64,000 nt of DNA from an uncultured Bacteroidales bacterium (GCA_964348755.1 CAYGDW010000008.1:505-64504), one strand, 5' to 3'. Shown: positions 19,036 to 30,680, numbered from the stretch's first letter. Made by a program: numbers and translations. Notes: generated from the sequence alone by a model not told the origin.

Positions 19036-22000
19036 ATGAGCAAGCCCGGGCAACTAACAATCATACTGATTTTAACTTTTGTTACCAATGCTTCTGCGCA
19101 AACCATAAAATTCTTTTCGTCAGACAGGGACTTGTCAAACAGCATGATAACCGCTATTGCGCAAGACCGCAGCGGATTAGTTTGGATAGCCACCGAAGAT
19201 GGGCTGAACCGCTTTGACGGTTTAAATTTTGTTACATACCGAAACAGGCAAAATGACCCGGGTTCACTTTTGAGCAGTTTTGTTCGAACACTATATGTTG
19301 ACAAAAGCGGCAGGCTTTGGGTAGGATGCATAAACGGGCTGATGCTTTTTGATGCAGACAAAAACGCATTTAACGAAATAATGCTTTACAGGGACACCAT
19401 GAGGCTAAGGCCACATGTTACATCAATAATTGAAAATTCGGGGGGCGATATAATGGTAGCCACCTCAGGCCAAGGACTTATTGTAGTAAAAAAAGGCCAA
19501 AGCACCGGTCATGCCGATATGCGGCTCATACCCCGCCTTAGCAGCGAGTTTTTAGAATTTATATATGAAGATTTTTACGGAAGGCTTTGGATTGGAACAG
19601 AAAACCAAGGGCTGAATCTATACAACCCATCAACAAACGAACTAACCCTCTTTAAACATCAGCCCACAAAAGAAGGCTCTATCAGCAGCAATTACATTAC
19701 TTCTATAATGGAAGATTATCGCCGCAACATTTTTATCGGAACAGTAAACTCAGGCTTAAACCAGTTTATTGAAACCAATAATTCATTCAGGGTAATACCC
19801 GTTTCCGGTGCAAGCCCTTACGATATGCGGGTAGCCAGCCTTTTTGCCGACGATAAAAACAATCTGTGGGTAGGCACCAGTGGTCAAGGTTTGTGGAGGT
19901 TTAACCATCAAACCGAAACCCTGCAACCACACAATATTGCAAGCACCCGTTTTGATGTGGACAAATCAAAAATTCATGCCATTACAAAAGATCATGAAGG
20001 TAATCTTTGGTTGGGAGTATTTCTTAAAGGAGTCATATTTATACCCGGAAAAACCAACAACTTCAACACCATAACCTATCAGCAGTTTTCCGAAAGGAGC
20101 ATAGGCTCGGGTTGCATCACTGCTATTGCCCAGGATCCATCTGGATTGATGTGGGTAGGAACTGATACCGACGGTATTTACCAAATTGACCATCTGCGAA
20201 ATCAAATATCAAACTTCCAAATCAATTCACGCTTGCGCGAATCGCTTCCGGTTTCAGTTACTTCCTTAATGTTCGACCAAAAAGGTATATTATGGGCTGG
20301 TACCTCGCTCGATGGCTTTTTCAGTTTCAACCCAAAGACTGGCGAAAGCCGGTTTTTTAAAAATCAACCCGATAACGACAACAGCCTGTCGAACAATAAA
20401 GTGCAATGCATAAGCCAGGACCGCCAGGGCAACCTATGGATTGGCACCAGTGGCGGTGGACTAAATAAATTTGACCCCGCCACCGGGCTTTTCACACGCT
20501 TTAAACACGACCCAAACAACTCAAACACCTTGTGCAACAACTGGGTAAACAACGTATTTTGCGACAGCGAAGGCCTGATCTGGATTGGCACTTACAACAG
20601 GGTAAGCGTTTACAACCCCAAAACCGGAACCTTTGGCATGCTGGGAACAGGCAATGGGATGCTACCCAACAATATTGTATATTTCATTAATGAAGATTCG
20701 GCCGGGAACATTTGGTTTGGAACCAACCATGGCCTGGCGCGCCACAACAAGCAAACCAATTCTTCTGAGTTTTTCTCAAAAGACCAGGGGCTTACCAACA
20801 ATGTAATTACAGCATTTCTTGAAGACAACAACAAACAACTATGGATTTCGACCCACCAGGGCATTTCATGCCTGTCAATAGTTGATGGATCGGTGGTAAA
20901 TTATTTTGTACACGATGGGCTTCAGGGAAACGAATTCAGGCGAAAGGCTGCTTACCGAACCAAAAAGGGCGAACTGTTCTTTGGAGGAATTAACGGACTT
21001 ACCTGGTTTGTACCCGAACAGATACACCGCGACCAACACATACCCGAAGTTTACTTAACTGACCTGATTGTACAAAACAACAGCGTGCCAATAGGGCAAA
21101 AGGTAGGGAACAGAGTAATTCTGAAAAAATCGATTGAAAAAACCGATACGCTAAAACTATCATGGCAACACAAAAACTTTAACATAGAATTTTCTACTAT
21201 AGGGTTTAGCAATCCCGAAAGGATAACCTATCAATACAGGCTTTTGGGGTTCGACGACAATTGGGTAAGCACTGGCACCACCAACCGTAGGGCAACCTAT
21301 ACCAACCTTAAACCAGGCAGATATATTTTTGAAGTTCGCGCTGCCAATACAGCCAATTACTCAAATGCCCGCAGGCTTGTGGTGCTAATTACGCCTCCCT
21401 GGTGGGAAACATGGTGGTTTAAAATAGTATATTTTGCCTTGTTTACTTTTATCGTTTATGCGGTTTATCATTATATAATTAGCAGGATAAAACACCGCAA
21501 CGAACTGCAGCATCACGAGCACCAGGAAAAAATGAATGAAGCCAAAATGCAGTTTTTTACAAATATTTCGCACGAAATACGAACCCCCCTGACCCTCATT
21601 GCCAGCCCACTCGAAAAATTAATGTCTGAAAATAAAAACGACCATCTTTCAAAAAGCTACCTGCTCATGTCCAGAAATACACACCGGCTAATGCGGTTGG
21701 TAAACCAAATGCTTGACGTGAGCAAAATAGACCGCGACCAAATGCTAATAAGCTACGCACAAACCGACCTGGTAAAGTTTATTGCAGAAATTATGCATGC
21801 ATTCGACTACCTGGCCGAGAAAAAAGAGATAAAATACACTTTCAATACCAGCCTTACTGAAATGGTGGTTTGGGTTGATTCCAACAATTTGGATAAAGTC
21901 CTTTACAATGTTATATCAAATGCCTTTAAATTTACGCCCAATGGGGGCGAGATCGAATTAAACTTGAAAACCGGGAAAAACCATGAAAACGAAGGCTTTC

Positions 22001-23196
22001 TGAAAGAATTTGCCGAGATTACAGTGTCGGATACCGGCCCGGGTATTGAGGATGAAAAACTGGGAAGAATTTTCGAAAGATTTTACCAGTCTGATAACCA
22101 TGCTTCTTCGAATACCGGCACTGGTATCGGCTTGCACATATCTCGCTCGCTTATAGAGATGCAGCATGGCAAAATAATGGCCCGCAACCGGACTAGCCGA
22201 TCGGGTTGCATATTTTACATTCATTTGCCATTGGGGCACTTCCATGTAGCCAATGCCCAAATTTCAAAACAACCGGTATTGGCAATGCAGAGGCTGGTGC
22301 AGGAAAAAACCCTCGAGCACATTGAAACCGCCGCCGAAACCGACGAGAATGTGCTGACGGCAATTAAATCGAAAAGAAAAACCGGATACAAAATACTGAT
22401 AGCCGACGATGATGAACAAATGAGAGCATACCTGAAAGACGAGCTTGGCGACTTTTTCAGCATAATTGAATGCGCCAACGGAAAAGACGCTCTTGATGCA
22501 GTGCACAATAAAAAACCCGACCTTGTGGTGAGCGATGTGGTAATGCCGGTAATGGATGGAGTGGCATTGTGCCGCAAGCTAAAGTCGAACCCGGCCACAA
22601 GCCATCTGCCGGTAATATTGCTTACCTCGCACCCAAAAAATGAAGACCTTGGAAAAGCCCTCGATGTGGGTGCCGACGCCTATTTCGTAAAACCGTTTAA
22701 TATGGGCCTGCTGCGAAAAAATATAAACAACCTGCTGGTTAACCGCGAGCGAATAAAGATTAAGTACAGCCCCAGCGGAAACATAAGCATGAAAGAAAAA
22801 GAGTTTATGTCGAGCGATCAGGCTTTAATGAACAAAATAATGCAGGTGATAGAAACAAGAATTTCAGATTCGATGCTTAGCGCCGAAACCCTTAGCCAGG
22901 AAGTTGGTATGAGCCGGGTGCATTTGTTTAGGAAACTTAAAAAAATTACCGGCCAATCGCCCAGCGACTTCATAAGGAGAATACGCCTGCAAAAAGCCGC
23001 CCGCCTTCTTGAAGAAAATACCGGATACATAAAAGAAATTGCCTTTGAAGTAGGCTTCACTTCCCTGTCATATTTTTCGAGCTGCTTTCACGAATTTTAT
23101 GGAGTAAAGCCAAGCGAATTCGCAAAACTAAAGAAAGAAAAAACCAACGAGGAGTTAACGGCAATAACCCAAAACCAGCAATTAACAAAAACATAG
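19036..23196 (+). CDS. Hybrid two-component system sensor kinase/response regulator with AraC-type HTH (HTCS), probable xylan PUL regulator
   Basis: 1386 aa. The periplasmic region has beta-propeller-like repeats (WIGT.. GL..F motifs) and a Y_Y_Y-type region, followed by a TM segment. Then come HisKA (FFTNISHEIRTPLTLI), HATPase (DTGPGI...GTGIGL), a receiver (ILIADDDEQM...DLVVSDVVMPVMDG) and a C-terminal AraC HTH. Confidence 0.93.
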   Translation: MSKPGQLTIILILTFVTNASAQTIKFFSSDRDLSNSMITAIAQDRSGLVWIATEDGLNRFDGLNFVTYRNRQNDPGSLLSSFVRTLYVDKSGRLWVGCINGLMLFDADKNAFNEIMLYRDTMRLRPHVTSIIENSGGDIMVATSGQGLIVVKKGQSTGHADMRLIPRLSSEFLEFIYEDFYGRLWIGTENQGLNLYNPSTNELTLFKHQPTKEGSISSNYITSIMEDYRRNIFIGTVNSGLNQFIETNNSFRVIPVSGASPYDMRVASLFADDKNNLWVGTSGQGLWRFNHQTETLQPHNIASTRFDVDKSKIHAITKDHEGNLWLGVFLKGVIFIPGKTNNFNTITYQQFSERSIGSGCITAIAQDPSGLMWVGTDTDGIYQIDHLRNQISNFQINSRLRESLPVSVTSLMFDQKGILWAGTSLDGFFSFNPKTGESRFFKNQPDNDNSLSNNKVQCISQDRQGNLWIGTSGGGLNKFDPATGLFTRFKHDPNNSNTLCNNWVNNVFCDSEGLIWIGTYNRVSVYNPKTGTFGMLGTGNGMLPNNIVYFINEDSAGNIWFGTNHGLARHNKQTNSSEFFSKDQGLTNNVITAFLEDNNKQLWISTHQGISCLSIVDGSVVNYFVHDGLQGNEFRRKAAYRTKKGELFFGGINGLTWFVPEQIHRDQHIPEVYLTDLIVQNNSVPIGQKVGNRVILKKSIEKTDTLKLSWQHKNFNIEFSTIGFSNPERITYQYRLLGFDDNWVSTGTTNRRATYTNLKPGRYIFEVRAANTANYSNARRLVVLITPPWWETWWFKIVYFALFTFIVYAVYHYIISRIKHRNELQHHEHQEKMNEAKMQFFTNISHEIRTPLTLIASPLEKLMSENKNDHLSKSYLLMSRNTHRLMRLVNQMLDVSKIDRDQMLISYAQTDLVKFIAEIMHAFDYLAEKKEIKYTFNTSLTEMVVWVDSNNLDKVLYNVISNAFKFTPNGGEIELNLKTGKNHENEGFLKEFAEITVSDTGPGIEDEKLGRIFERFYQSDNHASSNTGTGIGLHISRSLIEMQHGKIMARNRTSRSGCIFYIHLPLGHFHVANAQISKQPVLAMQRLVQEKTLEHIETAAETDENVLTAIKSKRKTGYKILIADDDEQMRAYLKDELGDFFSIIECANGKDALDAVHNKKPDLVVSDVVMPVMDGVALCRKLKSNPATSHLPVILLTSHPKNEDLGKALDVGADAYFVKPFNMGLLRKNINNLLVNRERIKIKYSPSGNISMKEKEFMSSDQALMNKIMQVIETRISDSMLSAETLSQEVGMSRVHLFRKLKKITGQSPSDFIRRIRLQKAARLLEENTGYIKEIAFEVGFTSLSYFSSCFHEFYGVKPSEFAKLKKEKTNEELTAITQNQQLTKT

Positions 23197-23199
23197 CAA

Positions 23200-23250
23200 T
23201 TCAGGCTGGTTACCTCATGCCAAAAAGAGAACCAGCCTGAAGTTTTTCTT
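23200..23250 (+). terminator. Rho-independent terminator after the HTCS gene
   Basis: A 12-bp perfect stem, TTCAGGCTGGTT (23200-23211) and AACCAGCCTGAA (23230-23241), with an 18-nt loop, followed by GTTTTTCTT. Confidence 0.75.
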
Positions 23251-23266
23251 ATAAAAATTAAAACCA

Positions 23267-24298
23267 ATGACCCTTGCAAATATTTTGTTTGGATATATGC
23301 CCGATGGAAGGCAGGCCAGGTTGTTTAAAATTGAAACCAACCAGGGCCTGTCAATTAGCATAACCAACTACGGAGGAATTATCACCTCAATTTTAATGCC
23401 CGACAGGTTAGGCCATCAGGAGGAAATTACGGCCGGCTTTGCCAATTTTGAAGATTACCTGAAAGGCCACCCCTATTTTGGGGTCATTGCGGGGCGTTTT
23501 GCAAACCGCATTGCCCGGGGAGAGTTCGAAATTGATGGGCAAAAATACCTTCTGCCGGTAAACAATGGCCTAAACCACCTGCACGGAGGCCCGGAAGGGT
23601 TTCATACCAGGCTGTGGGATTATGTTTTAAAACAAAACCATGACTCGGTCAGCATTTGCCTGACATATAACAGCCCCCACCTCGAAATGGGGTACCCTGG
23701 GAACCTCAGTGCAAAAGTTATTTATACCATTTTCGAAAACAATGTGTTGCAAATAAACTTTGAAGCAACAACCGACGCTCCAACACATCTAAACCTAACA
23801 AACCATGCCTACTTTAACCTAAGCGGCTTTAAAAGCAATGTTTTTTCACACCATCTGTTTGTAAATGCAACCAATTACCTCGAACTTGACCATACCCAGA
23901 TTCCCACCGGACGATTGCTTCAATGCCGGGGCACTGCTTTTGATTATATGGGCAAAAATGAAAATATGAGTACTGTACGCGAGCCTATGGACCATTGCCT
24001 GGCCCTGAATGCGGTTTCTGACATGAATGAACCAGCTGCTATTCTGTTTCATAAGGATAGCGGCCGACGAATCAGCCTTTTTTGCACCCAACCAGGCCTG
24101 CAAATTTATACCGGAAATTTTCTCGACGCAAGTCTGTCAGGGCATAATCAAACCATTTACAATCAGTATCAGGCAATTTGCCTCGAAACCCAACACTTCC
24201 CAAACACCCCCAATCAACCCGAATTTCCTTCAACATTGCTGGTTCCTGGCAAAATTTACCGCCAAATAAGCCGTTTTGTTTTTGATACGCTAAAATAA
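23267..24298 (+). CDS. galM: Aldose 1-epimerase (mutarotase)
   Basis: 343 aa. Contains GGIITSI, GRFANRIA.G.F...G..Y.L..NNG.NHLHGG and TNHAYFNL, the hallmarks of galactose mutarotase. Confidence 0.9.
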   Translation: MTLANILFGYMPDGRQARLFKIETNQGLSISITNYGGIITSILMPDRLGHQEEITAGFANFEDYLKGHPYFGVIAGRFANRIARGEFEIDGQKYLLPVNNGLNHLHGGPEGFHTRLWDYVLKQNHDSVSICLTYNSPHLEMGYPGNLSAKVIYTIFENNVLQINFEATTDAPTHLNLTNHAYFNLSGFKSNVFSHHLFVNATNYLELDHTQIPTGRLLQCRGTAFDYMGKNENMSTVREPMDHCLALNAVSDMNEPAAILFHKDSGRRISLFCTQPGLQIYTGNFLDASLSGHNQTIYNQYQAICLETQHFPNTPNQPEFPSTLLVPGKIYRQISRFVFDTLK

Positions 24299-24405
24299 TC
24301 TGGCTCACCCTTTTATTTTTTAAAAACAAGCAAAACAATCAAACAACTTTCTGGTTGTATTTTGGTGTAATTTTTGATATAAATCGCTTTATTTTTCAAT
24401 TTTTT

Positions 24406-26805
24406 ATGGGCTTACGATTAAAGATTTTAGTTTTCCTTGTTGTCCTGGTTCCACAACTTGCCTTTGGCTCAAACCTTCAGCCAGTTAATATCTCGGTAAA
24501 GGATGCCACCAGGCAGCCTCTCATTGGGGCAACCATACAACTTACCCGGGTTGACAATGACCAGAACTTTTACAGCACCACCGATATGAGCGGGCAGGCA
24601 AGGTTCGATGGCCTTGAAAATACTACATATTTAGTGGCCATCAGATACATGGGCTTTTTGCCACTCGAACAAAACATACAGATTACCACCAATCAGCGCA
24701 ATTTCGATTTTCAAATGCGCGAAGATGCCATTGCCCTTGGTGAAGTAACTGTTACAGCACGTCGGCCCCTTATCAGGCAGGAAGGAGACATGATGATAGT
24801 TGACCCTGAACCACTTGTAAACATAAGTAGCAACACCCTCGAAGTATTGGAAAAAACCCCGGGTCTTTTTGTCGATCAGGATGGGGGCATTTTTCTGAGC
24901 AGCGCAACCCCGGCCGCCATTTACATTAATGGGCGCGAACAAAAAATGAGCAGCCAGGATATAAACACCATATTAAGGAGCCTTCCGCCAAGCAGCATTC
25001 AACGCATAGAAGTAATGCGAACCCCATCAACCCGTTTTGATGCAGCCAGTTCAGGCGGTATTATAAATATTGTACTAAAAAAAGGTGTAAGAATTGGCCG
25101 GTTCGGGTCGGTCAATACCGGAATGAATCAGGGCGTTGCCGGAAACCGCTTTGTAGGCTTTAGCCTGAATGACAGCGGCGACAAAACCACTACTTACATA
25201 AATACAAACTACAACTTCAACGGACAGGCAGAAGACCTGAACTCCATTCGCTTCATGCCCCAGCAAACCACCCTGAGCCAATGGGCCAACAACCGATCAA
25301 AAAACAATTCTGGTTTTATTGGATATGGAATAAACTATGAAGCCAACCCGCGTCTGAACCTAAGTTACGATGGCCGAATAAATGCCAGCCGGAGGATTTC
25401 TGATGCAAACAACCGGAACCTGATGGATGTAATTGAAAACCAGCGCCTTTCAGAAACCAACAACCTCATAAGCAATAATTCAGGTTTTATAAGCCTGCAG
25501 CAAGACCTGGGCCTGAACCTGAAACTCGACACCCTTGGATCTGAATGGGATACCAGGTTTGGCTACAGTTTCAACAGCAACAACAATGAGCAGAACTACC
25601 AAACCAGTTTCATATTCCCAAACACAGCCCTTATTGCCGGCTTGGGCAACAACTACCAAGGGAGGCATTTCCTGCAGTTTCAAAGCGATCTTACCTACCA
25701 TTTAAAAAACAAAATTATACTTGAAACGGGCTTAAAGGGCTCCATCCAGGATTTTGGAAGTGATGCTGAATACTTTGTAAATAATGGTGGAACTCAGGTC
25801 CCCGACCCCCGTCGCACCAATGCATTCAGCTATCAGGAGCGCATCAGCGCAGCCTACGCCCAGGCATCGTTCCCTTTGCCGTGGCAATTAATACTAAAAA
25901 CCGGCGTGCGCCTCGAACACACCTTCATGCAAGGCAGCCAAACCGTACCAGCCGACACCAGTTTTATTGTAAACCGTGCCGACTGGTTTCCCTATGTTTA
26001 CCTGAGCCGCAGGCTGGTTGAAATTTCGGGTTTTGAACTGCGTGGATTCATGATTTACCGCCGTACCATTGGGCGACCGGACTACCAAAGCCTCAGCCCA
26101 TATATCAGATACATTGACCAATACCTTTATGAAACCGGAAACCCTGCACTAAGACCTCAGTTTACCGAAAACATTGAGGCAAACATCAGCATGAACGATA
26201 TGCCAATATTTGCCGTGGGGCGCAATTATACCCGCGATATTTTTTCGCAGGTGGTTTACCAGGACCCAACAGCTGGCAGTGTGGCCGTCAGAACCTACGA
26301 CAATTTGGGCAAAAGCCGGGAAACCTATTTCCGCATTACAGGGGCTATACCACCCGGCGGAAGGTACTTTTTTGTTGCTGGTGCCCAATATAACCTCAAT
26401 GAATATGATGGCATTTACGAAAACCAACCGTTTTCATTTAGCCGCGGAAGCTGGCGATTCTTTACCTTTCACTCCCTAAGTCTGGCTCGCAATACAAGGC
26501 TAACCATGACAGGATTTATGATGACTCGGGGACTAATGAATTTTTATGAGTTAGATACTTTCGGCCAACTTAATTTCGGGCTTAACCAATCTTTTTTTGA
26601 TCGCAAGCTCAACATTAGCATAAGCGCCCGCGATGTGCTTCGCACCATGGTTACCCGGTTTACTTTAAACCAGGGCAGCATGCAAATGCAGGGCGACCGC
26701 TACACTGACAACCGCCGGATTGGCATCAACATTCGTTACAATTTCGGAATTCCAAAAAGGCAGGAACGCCAGGAGCAGATGCCAATGCAGTTTGAAATGG
26801 AATAA
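24406..26805 (+). CDS. Outer-membrane beta-barrel protein with CarboxypepD_reg-like N-domain and plug-like region (TonB-dependent-receptor-like)
   Basis: I chose the ATG at 24406 (MGLRLKILVFLVVLVPQLAFG, signal peptide); the track start at 24355 is a TTG. Contains VKDATRQPLIGATIQL, EVTVTARRP, the plug-like IQRIEVMRTPS.RFDA...GGIINIVLKKG and a C-terminal aromatic-rich barrel. Confidence 0.75.
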   Translation: MGLRLKILVFLVVLVPQLAFGSNLQPVNISVKDATRQPLIGATIQLTRVDNDQNFYSTTDMSGQARFDGLENTTYLVAIRYMGFLPLEQNIQITTNQRNFDFQMREDAIALGEVTVTARRPLIRQEGDMMIVDPEPLVNISSNTLEVLEKTPGLFVDQDGGIFLSSATPAAIYINGREQKMSSQDINTILRSLPPSSIQRIEVMRTPSTRFDAASSGGIINIVLKKGVRIGRFGSVNTGMNQGVAGNRFVGFSLNDSGDKTTTYINTNYNFNGQAEDLNSIRFMPQQTTLSQWANNRSKNNSGFIGYGINYEANPRLNLSYDGRINASRRISDANNRNLMDVIENQRLSETNNLISNNSGFISLQQDLGLNLKLDTLGSEWDTRFGYSFNSNNNEQNYQTSFIFPNTALIAGLGNNYQGRHFLQFQSDLTYHLKNKIILETGLKGSIQDFGSDAEYFVNNGGTQVPDPRRTNAFSYQERISAAYAQASFPLPWQLILKTGVRLEHTFMQGSQTVPADTSFIVNRADWFPYVYLSRRLVEISGFELRGFMIYRRTIGRPDYQSLSPYIRYIDQYLYETGNPALRPQFTENIEANISMNDMPIFAVGRNYTRDIFSQVVYQDPTAGSVAVRTYDNLGKSRETYFRITGAIPPGGRYFFVAGAQYNLNEYDGIYENQPFSFSRGSWRFFTFHSLSLARNTRLTMTGFMMTRGLMNFYELDTFGQLNFGLNQSFFDRKLNISISARDVLRTMVTRFTLNQGSMQMQGDRYTDNRRIGINIRYNFGIPKRQERQEQMPMQFEME

Positions 26806-26848
26806 CAGCCGGTTTTGTAGCCGGGCAAAGCAAGCCGGCAAATATTGG

Positions 26849-28345
26849 CTATTTAGACCACGACCTGGCCCGTTTTACCGCATCAGCCCACCTTTCTTTC
26901 ATGGTTTTTACCTGGCTGTCGGGCATTGTAGGCTCAAATTGTTTCTCCGGTTGCCATTGCTGCTTAATTTCCTGAGTGTCTTTCCAGAACCCGGTGGCCA
27001 GACCTGCCAAATAAGCGGCTCCCATTGCCGTGGTTTCAATAACCCCAGGGCGTATAACGCTGGTTTTCAGAAGATCAGCCTGAATTTGCATAAGCAGGTT
27101 ATTGGCCGAAGCCCCTCCATCAACCCTCAGATCCTTGATTTTTATTCCGGTATCGAGCTTCATAACATGCAGCACGTCCATAGTCTGAAAGGCGATACCT
27201 TCGAGAGCCGCCCGGGCAATATGTGCCAGGGTAGTGCCCCGGCTTATACCCACCATTAGCCCGCGGGCATACTGATCCCAGTGGGGGGCACCCATGCCAG
27301 TAAAGCTGGGCACAAAATACAGGTCGCCATTGTCTTCAACCTGGAGGGCAAGGGCTTCAATCTCTGATGAATCTTTGATTATTCTCAAGCCATCGCGCAG
27401 CCATTGCACTACGGCTCCGGCAATAAAAATACTGCCCTCAAGAGCATAAGTAGTCTTTCCGTTAATTTGCCAGGCAATGGTAGTTATCAAATTGTTTTTT
27501 GAAAAAAAAGGCTTCTCGCCTGTGTTAAGAAGTATGAAGCACCCGGTGCCGTAAGTGCTTTTTGCCATGCCCTCTTCAATGCACATTTGCCCAAAAAGGG
27601 CAGCCTGCTGGTCGCCGGCAATGCCTGCTATAGGCACTTTTGAAGCAAAGAAGGTAGTGTTGGTCAGGTCATAAACCTCGCTCGATGAGGCCACCCTGGG
27701 CAACATTGATTTTGGTATATCAAAAATGGTCAGCAATTCTTCATCCCACTCAAGTGTGGTTATGTTAAAAAGCATAGTGCGGCTGGCATTGGTAACATCG
27801 GTAATGTGGGTGCGACCCTGAGTGAGCTTCCAAACCAACCAGCTATCAACAGTTCCGAAAGCCAATTCGCCTTTTTCGGCCATTGTGCGGGCGCCATCCA
27901 CATGGTCTAATATCCATTTTACTTTGGTGGCACTAAAATAGGCATCAATTACCAGCCCGGTTTTTTTGCGCACCAATTCCGATAGGCCTCTTCCTTTCAG
28001 CTCATCGCAAAAGCCAGAAGTACGACGGTCTTGCCAAACAATGGCATTGTAAACCGGGAGCCCAGTTTTGCGGTTCCAAACTATGGTGGTTTCGCGCTGG
28101 TTGGTAATGCCAATAGCTTGCAGCCCAAGCCCGTTTATGCCAAGCTTCGACATAGCCTCGGCCGCAACGGCCACCTGCGACGACCATATTTCGCCCGGAT
28201 CGTGCTCTACCCAGCCAGGCCTGGGAAACAATTGCTTAAACTCCTTTTGGGCTACCGAACGAATGTTTCCACCCCGATCAAAGAGCATAGCCCGAGAACT
28301 GGTTGTGCCCTGGTCAAATGCAAGAATAAACTTTTCCATAACCAA
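26849..28345 (-). CDS. glpK: Glycerol kinase
   Basis: Contains [31 protein letters not shown] and [10 protein letters not shown]. It is an FGGY-family protein of about 498 aa. Confidence 0.95.
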   Translation of the reverse strand: MVMEKFILAFDQGTTSSRAMLFDRGGNIRSVAQKEFKQLFPRPGWVEHDPGEIWSSQVAVAAEAMSKLGINGLGLQAIGITNQRETTIVWNRKTGLPVYNAIVWQDRRTSGFCDELKGRGLSELVRKKTGLVIDAYFSATKVKWILDHVDGARTMAEKGELAFGTVDSWLVWKLTQGRTHITDVTNASRTMLFNITTLEWDEELLTIFDIPKSMLPRVASSSEVYDLTNTTFFASKVPIAGIAGDQQAALFGQMCIEEGMAKSTYGTGCFILLNTGEKPFFSKNNLITTIAWQINGKTTYALEGSIFIAGAVVQWLRDGLRIIKDSSEIEALALQVEDNGDLYFVPSFTGMGAPHWDQYARGLMVGISRGTTLAHIARAALEGIAFQTMDVLHVMKLDTGIKIKDLRVDGGASANNLLMQIQADLLKTSVIRPGVIETTAMGAAYLAGLATGFWKDTQEIKQQWQPEKQFEPTMPDSQVKTMKERWADAVKRARSWSK

Positions 28346-28449
28346 ATTTTTGGATGGTTTTAGTCAAAGATAATCCAGAATTGGCAAAAGCCGGAACCAC
28401 CCAGTTAGTTTTGCAGCTTTGCCCAATGCCAGTGATATGAGTACAATTG

Positions 28450-29031
28450 CTATTTATGCCCCCCATCAAACGCCAAACTTAAATATGCCTCCAGCTCCTC
28501 GTACCACGCCTGTCCGTATTTGCGAATCAGGGCATCTTTCAGGAAACGGTAAACCCTTACTTTAAGCTTTGAGCCTTTTTTACGGGCGCAATTACAAATG
28601 TGCCACTGGTGATAGTTTAGCGCATCGTAATGCGGATAGGAAGTAATCCTTATAGGATATAAATGGCATGAAACGGGTTTCTGAAAATCTACCGCTCCTT
28701 CTTGCCAGGCTTTCTCTATGGCGCAACGGGCAATGTCGTGCCTGTCGTAATACACATAGGCACACTGCCTGCCCTCCACCAGTGGCGTTACAGGCTCGCC
28801 GGCAGGGTCGGTAACCCAGGTGCCTTCCTGCTCAACAGTGGCAATGCCCTTTTCAATCATCCAGGGCTTTATCTTTGCAAAGGCCTTTTGCAAAATTGCA
28901 GTTTCGTTTTCCGAAAGGGGGGCGCCAACATCGCCCTCAACACAGCACCCACCTTTGCAAACCGAAAGGTCGCACACAAATTGCTCAAGGTATATCTCGT
29001 CTGATATTAAAGTCTGGCCAATAATTATCAT
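28450..29031 (-). CDS. DUF3109-family Cys-rich protein
   Basis: MIIIGQTLISDEIYLEQFVCDLSVCKGGCCVEGDVGAPL is the characteristic DUF3109 N-terminus. I chose the ATG at 29031 over the track start at 29049. Confidence 0.7.
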   Translation of the reverse strand: MIIIGQTLISDEIYLEQFVCDLSVCKGGCCVEGDVGAPLSENETAILQKAFAKIKPWMIEKGIATVEQEGTWVTDPAGEPVTPLVEGRQCAYVYYDRHDIARCAIEKAWQEGAVDFQKPVSCHLYPIRITSYPHYDALNYHQWHICNCARKKGSKLKVRVYRFLKDALIRKYGQAWYEELEAYLSLAFDGGHK

Positions 29032-29259
29032 GGCGCAAAGGTAAACCAAAACATTTTGGAGTGCTCAGGATTTTTTTTAATGAAGATATTGATCAGGGGT
29101 AAGCCCCAACCTGCCAACCCAAAGCAACTGGCAGGCAGGAGCATAAAAAAGACAAGCCCGCCCAAAAAAAAAGTTTTGCCCCTTTTACTGATTAAAAGCA
29201 TTTGTAATCATCAGAACCACCTACAAAGTTTTTTTATCTGAGTGGCCAAAAAACAATAA

Positions 29260-30660
29260 TCAAAACCCAAAATACTTTTTGGCGTTGTAGTAGCAGATAT
29301 TCTGTACCATGCCGCCCACCAAATCCATATCAAAAGGAATTTCTCCGTTTACCATATCTGTACCCACCATATTGCAAAGAATTCTTCTGAAATAGTCATG
29401 ACGTGGAAACGACAGGAAGCTGCGCGAGTCGGTAAGCATTCCTACAAATTGACTCAATAGGCCCAGGGCCGACAGGGCGTTGATTTGCCGGGTCATACCA
29501 TTTTTCTGATCGAGAAACCACCAACCGCTGCCAAACTGCATTTTTCCAGCCACCGAGCCATCGTTAAAGTTGCCGCACATGGTGGCAATGAGTTCGTTGT
29601 CGCGTGGGTTGAGGTTGTACAGAATGGTTTTTGCCAGGCGATTATCGGCATCGAGCCGGTCGAGAAAGCGTGAAAGTGGACGTGCAATTTCAAAATCGCC
29701 AATAGAGTCGAAACCCTTGTCGGGGCCCATTTGCCTGAGCATTCGGCTGGAGTTGTTGCGTAGGGCACCCAGGTGGAACTGCTGTGTCCAGCCTTTCTCG
29801 TGGTCCATTCGAGCCATGTCAACCAGCATGGCCGACTTAAACTTTAGTTTGTCATCGTCAGATAGCACAATTCCTTGCCGCAATCGCAGAAAAATACCCT
29901 CAATCTCAAAGCCGGAATATTTTTCGGCGTAAATAGTTTCCAGGCCATGGTCAGATAGGCGGCATCCCATTTCATGAAAGAAATTGTGGAGCTTTTGAAG
30001 GGCTTCGAGATAATTCTGATAAGTAACAACCGAAATATTGGTCAGTTCCTCAATGCGCCCCAAATAGTCGAGAAATGCCTGGGTATTATCTACCATCATG
30101 GCGCGGTCGGGGCGCCAGGTGGGCAGCACCTTTATTTCAAAGCCATCGTCGCGCACCTTTTTATGATATTCCAGGCTGTCGGTAGGATCATCGGTGGTGC
30201 AAACCACTTCTACCTTAAAGCTGCGCATAATGTTGCGGATGCTAAAGGCTTCGGTCTGAAGCAAGGCGGTCGTTTCGTCGTAAATCTCTCTGGCAGTGGA
30301 AGGACTCAGCAGCTTTTTAATGCCGAATGGCCTGCGCAGCTCCATGTGTGTCCAGTGGTAAAGCGGATTGCGAAGGGTGTAAGGAACCGTTTCGGCCCAT
30401 TTCTCAAATTTCTCATAGTCGGGAGCCTCGCCTGTGCAATACCTTTCGTCAATGCCGTGGGCACGCATGGCCCGCCACTTGTAGTGGTCGCCATCGAGCC
30501 AAATCTTTGTCATGTTTTCAAACTTCCGGTCATTCGCTACTTCGGCCGGGGGTAAATGACAATGGTAATCGATAATGGGCATTTCCCTGGCATACCCGTG
30601 ATACAACTCTTCGGCTGCCTCGTTCTCCAGCAGGAAGTTGTCGTTCATAAATTCTTTCAT
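29260..30660 (-). CDS. uxaC: Glucuronate isomerase
   Basis: MKEFMNDNFLLENEAAEELYHGYAREMPIIDYHCHLPP aligns with the E. coli UxaC N-terminus (MTPFMTEDFLL...DYHCHL). I start at ATG 30660. The track extension to 30693 begins at a TTG and translates the intergenic repeat. Confidence 0.95.
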   Translation of the reverse strand: MKEFMNDNFLLENEAAEELYHGYAREMPIIDYHCHLPPAEVANDRKFENMTKIWLDGDHYKWRAMRAHGIDERYCTGEAPDYEKFEKWAETVPYTLRNPLYHWTHMELRRPFGIKKLLSPSTAREIYDETTALLQTEAFSIRNIMRSFKVEVVCTTDDPTDSLEYHKKVRDDGFEIKVLPTWRPDRAMMVDNTQAFLDYLGRIEELTNISVVTYQNYLEALQKLHNFFHEMGCRLSDHGLETIYAEKYSGFEIEGIFLRLRQGIVLSDDDKLKFKSAMLVDMARMDHEKGWTQQFHLGALRNNSSRMLRQMGPDKGFDSIGDFEIARPLSRFLDRLDADNRLAKTILYNLNPRDNELIATMCGNFNDGSVAGKMQFGSGWWFLDQKNGMTRQINALSALGLLSQFVGMLTDSRSFLSFPRHDYFRRILCNMVGTDMVNGEIPFDMDLVGGMVQNICYYNAKKYFGF

Positions 30661-30680
30661 TGAAAATAGTTTTGAAAAAG

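Noticed and set aside
29097-29135. Hairpins GGGG-TAAG-CCCC and CCTGCCA-N12-TGGCAGG between uxaC and the DUF3109 gene
   Set aside because: The stems are short, one loop is long, and no adjacent U-tract exists on the minus strand. This is not enough to call a terminator or riboswitch.
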